Part shown: positions 13,412-26,708 of the stretch, in pieces
Position numbering within the stretch: position 1 is the first letter of the stretch
How the letters are laid out: each line of letters begins with the position of its first letter
Source: Felis catus
Lineage: Eukaryota
Assembly (NCBI RefSeq): GCF_018350175.1
Contig: NC_058368.1
Span: 43,960,001-44,024,000, forward strand
Length of the DNA: 64,000 nucleotides
Direction: 5' to 3'
Translations under genes and position numbers: made by a program
The notes under the pieces: model-generated
Database searches by the model: none
The model's input: the letters and a program-made list of their open reading frames with translations, nothing else
What the model was told of the DNA's origin: nothing

Positions 13412-14429
13412 AGTCACGACACGTGAATATTGTTTATTTTTCCATCCTCACTTATACTGCCAGCTTTAGCACCTTATATTCTCCCATCTCATATTTTTAC
13501 ATTTTCATCGGCAACAGAAATCTGTGACAGAAGCATAGAGACAGAATTAAAATTAGGGGTGCACAAAGAACAGGTATGGTGCTAAATCACTAAGTTTAGA
13601 GATTGTATTTGTTAATTTCCCCTAAGTAATAAGAGGTCTTATCTCTTGGCTCCTTACCTCTCCCCACTCCCCTCAGAACAAAGGACAATATAAATTCCGT
13701 CACACTGAACTCCTTGGCACACCTTACACAGGCATCTCAGGCACGCTACTTTATATTGCTAAGCTTTTATTCATAATCTTCTCTTATTCCATAAAGGCAA
13801 TGACTTCCTGGGGAAGAAAGACAAATCAATTTTAAGAAGGATTATCATGTGGAATTTGAAAAACATCGGCCCTTTGTTCCTAACTTCCATTTTAAAGGGA
13901 ACAGGAGCAGGTATATATCCTATTGCCTCGGGGTTTTGTTTCTCTGGAGAAGTCTGGCTCATACAGTATGAATAGAAAATGGGATAATGGAGAACAATTA
14001 AGAGGTTACTAGACTGTCCTCAAAAGTAGACCAGTGTAAAAATGAAAAAAAAAAAAAAAAAGAGAATCTATTATTCTTAATTTATAAAAACTAAGAATGG
14101 ATTTAACTATATTGCTAATAATATTACTATAAATTTTTAAGTTCAAATATATAGTTTTAAAACTAAATACATCATCTTTTGCACTTTTTGAATGTTAAAA
14201 AGCACTTAGTTTTAATCTGCTATCATTAACCAAATCAAAAATAAATTAAAATGTTTGAGAAAGAAAATCATAGCTGATAATTTTATTATTATTTAAGTAG
14301 TAATTTATATCTTGTTTTTTATTTACAATTTTAATAATATTTAATATCCTTACTAAAATGGTGATTTTTAATAATACTGGAAGTTAAAAATATTTGGACT
14401 TAATAAATTTGGAATTAGTGCAAGTATCA

Positions 14430-14620
14430 GTACTTGTCCTAAGTGTTTTACATACATGACTAATTTACTGTTCACATCAGTCCCATGAAATAGGGCCTAT
14501 CATTTTCCCATTTTAAGATGGAAAAACTGCCACAGAGTGTTTTTGAAACCTGGTGTAATATTTGCAAATAATCAAGCCAGGGTTTGAGCCAGCCATCATA
14601 CACTCAGGCTCTCCTACATA
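14430..14620. mobile_element. MIR remnant
   Basis: cccatgaaataggg...ttcccattttaagatggaaaaactg...agccagggtttgagcc. Confidence 0.65.
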
Positions 14621-15090
14621 GTCACTTAGTTTATATTTCACTAAAGGCCTTTGCAAATTTCTATATATATTGGAGTGTAAACTGAAACATATTTGCACTG
14701 TTTCCCTTCAGTAAACCCTTTTTGTGGGATAATGTTGTTTTAGGAATAGCACCACTTCATTTTTTTTTCACATTTAACTATTTCTTAAGCCATATTGCTA
14801 GGTATGTGGTATTGAATGGACTTTGTCTTAAAAGTCCAAGATGTGACTGGACAATTTCTGTATTAAATGACAAAATTACATTTGAAAAGAGGAGAAAGAT
14901 ACCATTGCTCATTTTCAGGGATATGTTTTGGATTGAAAAAAATCCTATGGATCCTAGTATTCCTCTGTAGAAGTTTTAAATACAAGAAATTATGTCTAAA
15001 AGTCTCACAATATATTTCTTTCATTAATCATTGTTATACATGTATGTGTAAAATATTTTGTCAATTTACGTAGGAGGATTAGTCGATTTC

Positions 15091-15495
15091 TTTTTTTTTA
15101 TGAAATTTATTGTCAAATTGGTTTCCATACAACACCCAGTACTCATCCCAACAGGTGCCCTCAATACCCATCACCCACCCACCCTTCCTTCCACCCCCCA
15201 TAAACCCTCAGTTTGTTCTCAGTTTTTAGGAGTCTCTTATGTTTTGGCTCCCTCCCTCTCTAACTTTTTTTTCCCTTCCCCTCCCCTATGGTCTTCTGTT
15301 AATTTTCTCAGGATCCACATAGGAGTGAAAACATATGGAATCTGTCCTTCTCTGTATGACTTGTTTCACTTAGCATAACACTCCCCCATTCCATCCATGT
15401 TGCTACAAAAGGCCATAATTCATTCTTTCTCATTGCCACGTAGTATTCCATTGTGTATATAAACCACAATTTCTTTATCCATTCGTCAGTTGATG
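15091..15495 (-). mobile_element. Felid-type L1 3' end, 5'-truncated (~400 bp)
   Basis: polyT then tgaaatttattgtcaaattggtttccatacaacacccagt; peptide STDEWIKKLWFIYTMEYY...FVATWME is the L1 ORF2 C-terminus. Confidence 0.95.
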
Positions 15496-15794
15496 CTACA
15501 CAATACAAGGGGGCCATCTTCACAGTTGGGTCACATCCATCACGTGACCAGCTGGTTTAAAAAAAAAAAAGTAGAGAAGCTGAAATTAGATGGAAAATGT
15601 TTAGTTTTTTTCCCTCCTTACATTATACCTGTCAGTGTATGCTAGTTATCTGGAGTCTAACATACAAGAACATAAAGCTCTATTGGGGGGATTCTCCATT
15701 GCAGGGGCTAATTGTGATTTTATGTTTATCATAATTGAGCCCTTGATGGGCAACCACCCCATGAGTTTGTATTCACCAATAGGTTCTATGCATT

Positions 15795-18230
15795 TGTGTT
15801 AATTTCCTAAGGCTACCTTAAAAAAGTACCACAGACTAAAACAGCAGAAATATATTGTCTCATGATTCTGGAGTCCAGAAGTGCAAAATCCAAATGTTGG
15901 CAGCCTTCTTAGGGTCTCAGAAGCTAAATTTGTTCTATAGCTCTTTCTTAGCCTCTGGTAATTGCTATCAATCCTTGGTGTTCTTTGGCTTGTGGCCAAA
16001 TAACCTCCAATCCTTCCTTTGTTGTCACATGGAATTCTCCCTTTTTATAGATGTCTCTTCTTCTTTTCTCATAAGGACACCAGTGTGTTGGATTTGGTTC
16101 TACTCTAACCCAGAATGACCTCATCTTAACATTATTTCATTCTGCAAAAGACGCTATTTTCAAGTAAGATCACACTCATAGGTACCGGAGTGTACAACTT
16201 CAAAGTATTTGGGGAGAAACAATTCAATTCATACTCATCTGCCCTCTGACTCTCCAAAGTCCATGGCTTTCCCACATGAAAAATACATTTACTCCATTCC
16301 AGTATCCCCAAAGGTCATAACCCATTACAGCATCTATGATAAGTCCCAGGTCTCTTTTACATGTAATCAATTCAAAAAAGTCCCAAATCTCATCTTCAAA
16401 ATCATCTAAATCAGGTATGGCTGAGACTCTGAGTATGTTCCATCTGAGGACAAATTCCTCTGTATCTGTGGACCTGTGAGACTTAGAAAACAAGTTATCT
16501 GCTTCCAACATACCATGGTGGAGCAGGCGTACATTAAGCATTTCTATTCCAAAATAGAGGAATACAATGGGAAAAGGAGGATACAGGTCCAAAGCAAGTT
16601 GAAATCCAGAAGGACATGTTTCTTGAGATCTTGAGCTGAGATTCTTATCCTGAGAATAAGCTATATGTCTCAGTGTCCCATTCTCTAGTCTGAGTGGGCA
16701 ATAGCCCCATCTTCTCAGTCCTTAATAGTGAGCTTATCTACTAAGCTTGTGGTAGACAGTTGCAACCCTAATGGCCTCTGAACCATCCTCAAAGTCCTTC
16801 TCTCCTTTTCCTGAAGGACAGCACATGTACACACACTGAGTAGTTCTACTGGGCTATTTTGAACTTGTAGAATCACAGAAGTTTGACAGCCTTCCATCAT
16901 TTTGTCCCTATTCTGCCCCCTTCAGTCCATTCTAGCAATATTCCTACCAAGATACTGGATTAGGTCTTTGAATCACATGCTTAATCTCTCCATCAAAAGT
17001 TTACCCAGCCACACCATGGTGTTCTCTCCAGAGCAAACTTTAGCTCTTTTTTCTTTTCTTTTTTTCCTTTCCTTTTCTTTTTTTATTTTCTTTTCTGTTC
17101 TTTATTTTCTGTTTTCTTTTCTTTTCTTTCTTTCTCCCTTTCTTTCTTTTCCTTCCTTCCTTCCTTCCTTCCTTCCTTCCTTCCTTTCTTTTTTCCAATT
17201 TGGATAGGCTGAGAATTTTCCAAGCCATTAAGTCCTGGTTCCTTTTTGTTTAGCAGTTCCTTCCTCAACTTACTTATTTTCTGTCACATATGACTGTAAG
17301 CATTTAGGAAAACCCAGGACACACCTTCAGCTCTCTGCTTAGAAATATCCTCAGCTAACAATCCATGTACATTGCTTCCAGGTTTTGCTTTTCACCCAAC
17401 AGTTGAACACAATTCAGCGAAGTCTTTTGCCACTTTATAACAAGGATCACCTGCTTCCGATTTCCAGTAACATGTTCTTATTTTCATTTGAGACCTCACC
17501 AAAAGCAGCTTTGACTTTCTTATTTCTACAAGACTCTTATTCACGATATCATATATACTTTCTAACAAGATGGAAACCTTGCCATTTTCTTCACTTAGTT
17601 CTGATCTCTCACCATAATTGCATTTAACTTCCATCTATCTACCAACCATCACTTCGGAGCAATCAATTATTCTATCATGTTCCTCAAAATTATTCCACCC
17701 TCTAGTCAGTACCCAATTCCAAAGCCACTCCCACAGTTTTTGGTATTTGTTGGAGCAGCATCCTATTTCCTGATACCAAAACCTATGTTTGTTTCCTAAT
17801 GCTGCTGTAACAAACTACCACAAAGTGTGTGGCTTAGAACTACAGATATTTATTTAGTTATAATTCTGGAAACAGAAATCTGAAATCAAGGTATTAAGTA
17901 GAGTTGACTTTTTCCTGGGAGCTCAGAGGGTGAACCAGTCTTCATGCCTTTCAGATGGTTGATGGCCGTCCTTCGCATTAGTTGGCTTATGGCAGCACAA
18001 CTCCAATCTCTATTTCTGTCATCACATGACATTCTTTCTTTTGGCTGTGTCTCTTCTCCTATTATAATGACACCAGTCATGCTGTATTAGAGATCATTCT
18101 AACCCAGTATAATATTGTTGCAACTTGACTATACTTGCAAAGAACGTATTTCCAAATAAAATCATATTCACAGGTACTAGGGGGGTAGGATTCAACAGAA
18201 GGTTGGGAGGACACGATTCAACCCAAAACA
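15795..18230 (-). mobile_element. Complete MaLR provirus: MLT1(C-like) 5' LTR 17784-18230, internal ~16237-17783, 3' LTR 15795-~16236
   Basis: Two homologous ~440-bp LTRs in the same orientation; internal starts (minus) ggttttggtatcaggaaataggatgctgct and ends with purine tract cagagggcaga; possible diverged 5-bp TSD gcatt/ggatc. Confidence 0.9.
17045..17195. repeat. (TTTC/TTCC)n polypyrimidine simple repeat within MLT1 internal region
   Basis: Read directly. Confidence 0.93.
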
Positions 18231-18609
18231 GGATCTTATATTTTAGGGAGAATCCACATGTTTTTGTTGCTTGCTTTTAAGAGAAAAAAATTTGGAGCAA
18301 CTGTCAAAAATGTAGGTATTTCTGTAGGTATGGCTTAATCCTCCAATATCAAGGTCTCACCTAAGCTTCCTTCAATCAACTCTCCTAACACAGCTCAGAG
18401 TTTTATGTCCCCCGTTGTATTTCTTGCCCCAGATTAATCCCTATCACAGGTCCAAATTCTACAGTAAGAAATAGTGAAATAATGAAAAATCAAACTCTTA
18501 CTGTTCACCTATATATTACAGACTTTAAGTTTAAAGCATGTTCAATACCAAATCATTAAAATTTGTGAATTATGCAATTTCCATTTTACCAGCAGATGCA
18601 ACAAAAATA

Positions 18610-19998
18610 CAGTAAAACCTTGGTTTGCAAGCATAATTCATTCCAGAAACATGCTTGTAATCCAAAGCACATTTCCAGATAATTTGTTTCACAAAACAAA
18701 AATATTTATATAAAAAATGATTAAAATACTGTAATATAATACAAAATAATAAAGAAAATGCAAAATATAAAGAAAAATAAACAAATTAACCTGTTTACCT
18801 TTGAAAACCTTTGTGGCTGCTGTGAGGGAGACAAGAGAGGAGGATTATGGTGTAGGACTACTTTCACTGTCACTAATGGAATCTCTGTTATCTATTGGCT
18901 TAATGGAGTCTTTCTTTTCATGAAAATTTAACAAGGAACGTACCCAATGACACTTGGTTTTTCCTCCTTTTGAGGATTTTGTGGAAATGTGACATTGGAT
19001 TGTCATTAAACAGATTCATTGCTCACACTACTACAGAGTTATTCAGGTGGTGCTTTTCTATAAAATTTTGTACTGTTTCTCACATTTTTCCCCACATTTC
19101 CCTAATCTCATTTGAAGTGAAGGATCCTTCTTTTTTCTCCTCCTCTTCTACAGACAAGATGTGGACGTAGACTTCTTATAAAATATTGCAGTTTCAGCTA
19201 CTCGCATACCCTGTTCATACTTTTTGATGATTTCCTAATTAACTTCCACTCCTTGTGGAAGTCGTCATCTCCTTCTTAACACTTTTCTTTTCAACATTTT
19301 TCTGCATGGGGGCCATTGTGTATGATTGCACGGATGTTGACTACAGTATTAATAAACTCTTGTCATATACTGTATTGAATGTAAGTGACAAGAAGGCAGC
19401 AGAGGAAATGGTTTATAAATTTTATGAAGTTATATATAGATTTAAAAAAAAAGGAATGAGTAATCAGCCACCTATAAAATATACCTGTATTGGAATCCCA
19501 CATATATTATACATGCATGTACACAAACACACAAGAAAAGTATCTGGCAGATGGACAATAAAAGCTTTCTCTCTTCAAAAATAGAAAAAAAGTGATGCTG
19601 TTTTAAGACTGCAGGCAGTCTGACCTAGAATGAAGCAAAGCGTTCCTAAGCTTAATCTTGTATGGAAAGGCAACAGACTGTCCATTGGTGCTGTGAAGTC
19701 ACAAGAAATAAACTCGTTCCAGTTTTGGGCACCTTCTGACGTTCTGAAAAATCACTGATTTCTGCTAAACACTGTGGCCTGAGAACAAGCATCTGAGTAT
19801 GGGAGAACAATCACACACAATCTCTCAGAGACACAGAGAGAGAAAGAGAGAGAGAGAGGATCATTGACTCAATTGTGATCATGTGATGTCTCATATTGCA
19901 AGACATTGCGTGTTTATCAAGCTAACTTTTTTGAGAAATGTTTGCTTGTCTTCTGGAACACTTGCAGAACAAGTTACTCACAATCCAAGTTTTTATTG
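18610..19998. mobile_element. TcMar-Tigger DNA transposon, non-autonomous, carnivore type
   Basis: Imperfect TIRs cagtaaaaccttggtttgc / cacaatccaagtttttattg; TA TSDs at 18608-18609 and 19999-20000. Confidence 0.88.
19416..19608. repeat. Inverted copy of 20233-20423 inserted in the Tigger
   Basis: Manual alignment to the reverse complement: about 10 substitutions and 2 single-base indels over ~192 bp. Confidence 0.95.
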
Positions 19999-20829
19999 TA
20001 CTGACAATTGATCCAGACCTCTACCTGGCTGATTCACTTAGTTAAATTAAAATATTTTTGAGTTTTAAAACTTCATGTAAATGCAACATAGAATATCATG
20101 ATAAAGTATAAAAAAGAAAATATGACACAACTATTCAGGTCAAAACAGGTTTTTTTTTTTAGTGTTTTAAGGTTAACATTAGAAAAGAACATATTTTACA
20201 GGATGCAGAATAGCTTCCTCAAATAAGTGGTCTCTTAAAACAGCATCACGTTTTTCTATTTTTGAAGAGAGAAAGTTTTTATTGTCCATCTGCCAGATAC
20301 TTTTCTTGTGTGCTTGTGTACATGCATGTAAAATATATGTGGGATTCCAATACAGGCATATTTTATAGGTGGCTGATTGGTCATTCTTTTTTTTTAAGCC
20401 TATATATAACTTCACAAAATTTAATCTAATTACAAATCCTGTGCAATATTATTATATGGAAATATTTTATATATTTAATAGGTAAAATAACAATCTGTAT
20501 TTGAAGTTTGATGAGAGTTAGTAAAAGATACCCAAATTATGTATATAAATTTATTTCTGCTGTATTTTTTAAACTATAAAAGAACTATATCTTATTCTGA
20601 ATTCTTTTGATGTCTGATTCAAAGTAAGGGTAGCTATTTTATTCAGATTTCAATAACAATATTTCAAGGTGTAGTTATTAAAAATTAAAGTTAGTTTTAA
20701 TTTACATAATAAAATATTTTGTGACCAGATATATTCCTTTCTTGGAAAATAATAGAGCATTGAATGACCATAGATTTCTAAGACTATCATATCTATGTTA
20801 TTTAGTGCTTACAAAGTGTCTCAGAAACT

Positions 20830-21050
20830 GAGATAAAAAATTTATATTTATTATTGTATTTAATCCATAAAGCAACACTATATGGTAGGTACTATTAATC
20901 TCTGACTTTAGAAATAAAAAATGAAATTATAGGACATTTTGTCATTTACCCAAGGTTATGAACTAGGAAATGTCTGAGATTTTAATACAGGAAGTCAGAC
21001 TTAGGAATATGTTTTCAGCAACCAAACAACCAAACTATACTGCTTTCTGC
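20830..21050. mobile_element. MIR remnant
   Basis: tttaatccataaagcaacactatatggtaggtactatta...catttacccaagg. Confidence 0.6.
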
Positions 21051-21068
21051 TAAAATAAAATATAATTA

Positions 21069-21282
21069 GGGGTGCCTGGTGGCTCAATCAGGTGAGCGTC
21101 TGACTTTGGTTCAAATCATGATCTCTCACTTGGTGGGTCCAAGCTTGTGTTGGGCTTTGTGCTGACAGCTCAGAGCCTAGAACCTGTTTCAGAGATTCTG
21201 TGTCTCCCTTTTTCTCTGCCACTCCACTACTTACACTCTTGTCTCCCTCTCAAAAATAAATAATAAACATTAAAAAATAAAA
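21069..21282 (+). mobile_element. Can-SINE
   Basis: ggggtgcctggtggctc head, ctcaaaaataaa tail. Confidence 0.93.
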
Positions 21283-21415
21283 ATATATATAATTAAATAA
21301 ACATTTATTTTTATCTCTAACAATTGACTAATGTCTATGATCCTGCCCCTCTTTATTTTCCACCAGAAGACTTTGGAATGAGCAAGTTAGAATGTATGCT
21401 ACTTAAAAGCGGATA

Positions 21416-21630
21416 TTTTATTTTTTTAATGTTTATTTATTTTGAGAGAGAGTGCACATGGATGCACACAAGCAGGGGAAGGGCAGAGACTGAGAGGTAG
21501 AGAGAGGGCCCCAAGGAGGCTCCACGCTGTCAGTGCGGTTAGCACAAAACCCCAACCCAGAGCTCGATCCCAGGAACTGCAAGACCCATGACCCAAGTCA
21601 AAATCAATAGTCAGCCGATATCAAGAGTCA
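21416..21630 (-). mobile_element. Can-SINE, 5'-truncated
   Basis: aatgtttatttattttgagagagag...aaaatcaatagtcag. Confidence 0.87.
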
Positions 21631-21852
21631 TTCCTTCTCCTAATATGGAAAGGGATGCCTAGTTCACTGTATGTTCTCTATAAAAATTTGAAGAAATAAA
21701 TAAATGGATGAGATTTTGTTCTCCCCAGTATTACTTTGCTATATTCATGCAAGCAAAAACAAAATGAAATGGAAAACATGGGAACACATTTTACAACAGG
21801 AATTTTGGTCAATTATCTAATAAATTATGAATGGAAGTTTTAGCACCTAAAG

Positions 21853-22065
21853 CAGGAGTCAGCAAACGATAGACCACTGACCAAATACTTTTTTTTTTTT
21901 TAATTTAGTTGCATTGGTACAGAGCCACACTCATGTTTTTTATATATTATCTGTGGCTCTTTTTTGCTTCAAGGCAGGGTTGCGTGGTTATGACAGATGA
22001 CATGTCCTGTAAAGTCCTAAATATTTACTATCTGGACTTTTACAGAGGAGATTTGCCGACCTCAG
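21853..22065 (+). mobile_element. MER58A hAT-Charlie MITE
   Basis: caggagtcagcaaac...cctaaatatttactatctggacttttacag...tttgccgacctcag; TIRs at both ends. Confidence 0.9.
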
Positions 22066-22458
22066 ATTTAAAACATAGATGAAACTCTGACAGACACAAT
22101 TTCAGAACTCAGTTTAAACAATTTTATTCCTTTCTTGGTACACTAGGTCTTGTCAAATAAATGGAGAACAGTGACCACCTTGATGCAGAAAAGCTGATAA
22201 GTTGATCAGAACCATATCTTTGTAATGTCCCTTGATGTAACTTCCTTGACTGCTTCTAAGAAAGCAAAAAAGAGAGAGAAATTCAAAATACGATGTTTAA
22301 CAGGGTATCATAGTATATTGTATTACGATGTCAGCAGTAAAATAGGGCTTAAAATGGGAAACAACAAACAAACATGGAAATGCCACATTGTAGAGGTTGA
22401 GGTAGGCATTTTACTTTTTGTAGTAAGGAATGTTAAACATAAAATATTTCACGTTATT

Positions 22459-22653
22459 GGGGTGCCTGGATGGCTCGCATCTGACTCTTTGTTTGGCTCA
22501 GGTCATGATCTCATGGTTCATGAGTTTGAACCCAACATGGGGCTCTGAATGGACAGCACGGAGCCTCCTTGAGATTCTCTCGCCCTGCCTCTTTGCCCTC
22601 CCTGACTTGTTCTTTCTCTGTCCCAAAAACAAATACAAAATTTAAAAAAATAT
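22459..22653 (+). mobile_element. Can-SINE
   Basis: ggggtgcctggatggctc head; TSD tatttcac(g/a)ttatt. Confidence 0.92.
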
Positions 22654-25600
22654 GTATTTCACATTATTAAAAGCTAACAATATCATATGTTTAATGAGGT
22701 AGCAAAACGAGAAGTTCTTCCTATGGCCAGGTGATTATACTAGAGGATACACTATGAAATAATAATAGTATAAGATAAATTATATAACAATCATCAGGAA
22801 AGTAAGGAGAAATTCTGAGAATATACTCACTTGATAACAAAGGCGCAAAAATAAGTTATTTTCAGAAGGAGAATGTTGTAGCTACCTCTAAGATGTCCCA
22901 CAGTGAGCCCTGCTTCTATCTGGCCCCCCTCACCCTGTGCCAGGGTGTGTCTGAGAGTCAACAGAGTCTGAGGGTCAATGGAAGTAATGGCATGTCACAC
23001 AGAAAGAAACTGAGATACAGGGAGGTTGAATGAATTCCCAAAAATCTATGCAGTGAGGGTAGGGTCAGTCTGAAAAACTTTCCTCCTCCAGAAACTAAGC
23101 TCTAAACCACTATGATATCAACTGAAAAAAAACCATTAATTGTACAATGCTGAATATAACAGAAAGAAGACTGACTTTATCAATATGTTTAACTGAAACT
23201 TAACTCGCAATTGTTAAAATCTTTTGCTTTGGTCATTGCAACTGCATAGATGTTTAATTTCATGACACATGTATCTGTGAAACTAGAGCAAAATTAGTTC
23301 TAAAAATGAATAAATCGATTTTCTTGTTGTCTTCTTTTAATATAGTCCATTAACTATAAATTGTTAAATTATGGTTTGCTAAACTTGAGAGCATAATTAT
23401 AAAAATTAGTATTAGTATGTATATGTTTATGGGCAATTCAGAATAAATGTAGGGAAATGAAATCCTAACAGATTGGTAATATTCAGAGACTGGTTCACAC
23501 AATTTACCATTTCACTCATAATCATGTTGGCCATCATAATTGTGCTTCCAGTTTGACTTGCTACAGTAATGGTTATATTAAAGATGTCGCCTTACTCCTT
23601 TGGAAAAGCAGAGACAAATTTATTAACTGGAAAATGTCAACAACAAAAAGGTTGGAATATGAACATTGGAAGAATGGGAATGTAAAATCATTCTCAAGAA
23701 ATCCCATCTAAGGAATGAAAGTCATAACACAAACATGGGAGCAGAGTATTAATCTTCAGCAAATAATTTACATAAGCTCTGATAATATTTGCAAGTTGCT
23801 GTACTATTTAAAGTGTGTAGCAAATCAGTTTTTTTAAAAAAAATAGGAATCTAATTTTGCATGAAGCAGGATCACAGAATAATTGAATGGAAATGTATGT
23901 CTTGATGGCTTGGGTTTATAAGAATGCATGCATTAAAGTAAAATATTCATACGGATTTATGATGAAACAAATTACTGTTACTACAGAACTAAATCTAGCT
24001 TAGAGTAAAGACATATCTTTATTATAATGTCATACTTTGGCCCAAAGGTCATGTCATAAATTAAAGCTGAAATTAGTCCAGCAGGGTCCCATTATTTTTT
24101 CTCAGCATGAAATATTAATATTATGACTTAAACTGACCTTATTTCACTATTGTTTCAACATATCTTGTTAATATTCCTCTTTTGCATTATCACCTTCTCT
24201 TCAACATATACTTTTTTTCTCTAAAAAAATATATTTTAGCTCCAGCTGCACCTTATTCAGCCTGCCATCTGTTGAACATTTGGATTCAGCTGTAAATGCT
24301 GGCATATCTCTCCTCTGCAGGGATATTTTGCCAAATGACCATTCTTTCTCTATATAGTCATTCCAAACACCATTGTCACATGCACGTGCTCTAACTTTCA
24401 GGAAAACAAATTTGCTATATTCAGAAAACAATGATTTCCACAAATAACTTGTAACAGTTAAGAATATTTATTAAATCTTTCCATGCACAAAGTATGTGTT
24501 GATACTAATATAATTGTGGTTTTATCTATTCTGAAATCAGAATATTAATAAAATTCCTTCAGGCATCAGTTTATCCACAAGACATTCATTTTAGTAATTT
24601 TTAAAATAATTAAACCAGTGCAGTTGTATGATTATTCTTCTATATTCATCCAATATGCTTGTTTCATCAAGTGAATCTAAGATTGCTAATAATGAAAATA
24701 TTTCTGTGAAATGGAAAGGTTTTAGTGTCTATGCCATGCTTTCCTAAATATATGTATGTCTGCATTTAATAAATTTGCTAAATTCTCTTTAATAACCTCT
24801 ACTTGTACAGTAGCATATATACGGTTTGTTTTTTAGATTTGACAAGTCCCCAAACACAGCTGCCCCTTCCGATTTTTGTTCTTTGCCCTGTCTGTGCAGC
24901 ACTATTAACTATCACTTTGACGTTCATGAAAGCAAAGCAATAGACAGGAGGTGAATTTTATCAACTTTAGAAACCAAAGGAATTCTTATGGAAATGGATC
25001 TTTATGTAAAATTTGTAACAGTAGTTTGTTTTTTGTTTAAGTAAAAACAGATCCCTTCTAAGCAACACCCTACTTGTTAGACAGAGATACAAATATTGAG
25101 GATTTTTTTTTTTCATTTTCCATATCAGACTCCATCCTCTAAAGGAAAACTTGACTAAAGCACAATATGTAGTGAGACATTCTGAATGAAAAATCCACCC
25201 TGTAAAGACCATTTTCACTCTTTTTCCAGAAAAATAAAATTCCTTATGACACTTGTGAGTAACATTTATTGCTTTTTTGGAATCCAGTGGAAATTAATAG
25301 TTTGTGTTAAACAGGAAATCAACTGGGCAAAATGAGTCCTTACCTGCTAAAAGCATCAATTAAAAAGTCAGGGAAGTGATGGACTTTGCTATTAAATGCT
25401 GACAAGCACATCATTTAAAAGCTGGAACTTTAAAGTGAATTTCTAAAATCTGTGAAATTGAGACCATTAGGGGCAATGAAAATTGGAATGAATTGCAAGG
25501 GAGAAATATTTTAAAGATGAAACTGAACACCTGTGAATTTGGGACCAGTTGGTAAACATATTAGAGGACATTGAACTCACATCTATAAATTGATAAGAGT

Positions 25601-26708
25601 TTGAGAAATGAAATGTGCTTTTCCCAGGATCAGAAATTCTGCCAACTATATATGGTTCCGTACAGTTTTACATATCAAAGATGGACTTATGGACAAGAAG
25701 GTAGACATATTTTTTCCACTCTTTTTTACATAGGAAATTAAAATACAAACACAAACACACAGAAGTAAAATTTAGGAGCAGATTGTTTATCAGGCAAGAT
25801 TTTTTCCTTCTCCTTTCACCATGCTGTAAAAGAGCCCATCTACGTGGACTTTTATTTAAACATTGGAAAATATATAAATATTTTATTTTTTAGCTAAAAG
25901 AATTTGTCCATGCAAAAACACATTTAAAAAATATAACATATTCATTTTTGGTTTATTTTATTAAGTGCAATGGATCAAGAATAATCAAAATATCTTTGAG
26001 TTTATCTTTGTATGCAATTTCTAACTTAGAAGAACAAAATGAAAACACAATACCTACTTGTTGACACAAAAGGACGCCTATTTCATTTACAATTTAAATA
26101 GTAGGAAAATAAGCATTTTTGATAAATTAGTTTCTGATGGCTGATAAAAAGATTTTGTGATTACAGTGTTTTAAATATTAACCAATATTCAATATTCAAA
26201 TATTAGCCAATAGTAATTTGTTAATTATTTCAGTCAAAATTACTGACTAAAAGTTTTACATATTCAACCACTTGGCCTTAAAAGATCAAGCTATTTTATG
26301 TATAAACTTTTCAAAAAGTATATAGTGTTAGTAACTATTTCTTAGAACTAAGGATACCAAATATGTTATTTGTAGAAAATATTGTTATTTTTTATAGTTA
26401 AGACAAATTCTTAATAATGAATTGGGAGTTTACTCTTTTACAAGACTATTTTTGCATGAATCTCAGTGACTATTTGTACAAAGATAGCAAAGAGTGTAAC
26501 TGCTCGTTATATAAAAGAGAAAAAATGAATAAATCATGACTTTAACATTTAAAATAAGAATATAAAAACAGAATACCTTAAGTAATAAGCAGCCCATGAA
26601 TTTTTATACTATCTATGTATTTATAGAGTAAAATACGTATGCAGATTTGAAAGAAAATAATTGTGCAGTATGTTAGAAATTGACTATAGCCAAGCATACA
26701 TTTCAACT

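Noticed and set aside
24201..24443. 80-aa minus-strand ORF in the repeat-free region
   Set aside because: No recognisable protein similarity, non-ATG start and no clear splice structure.
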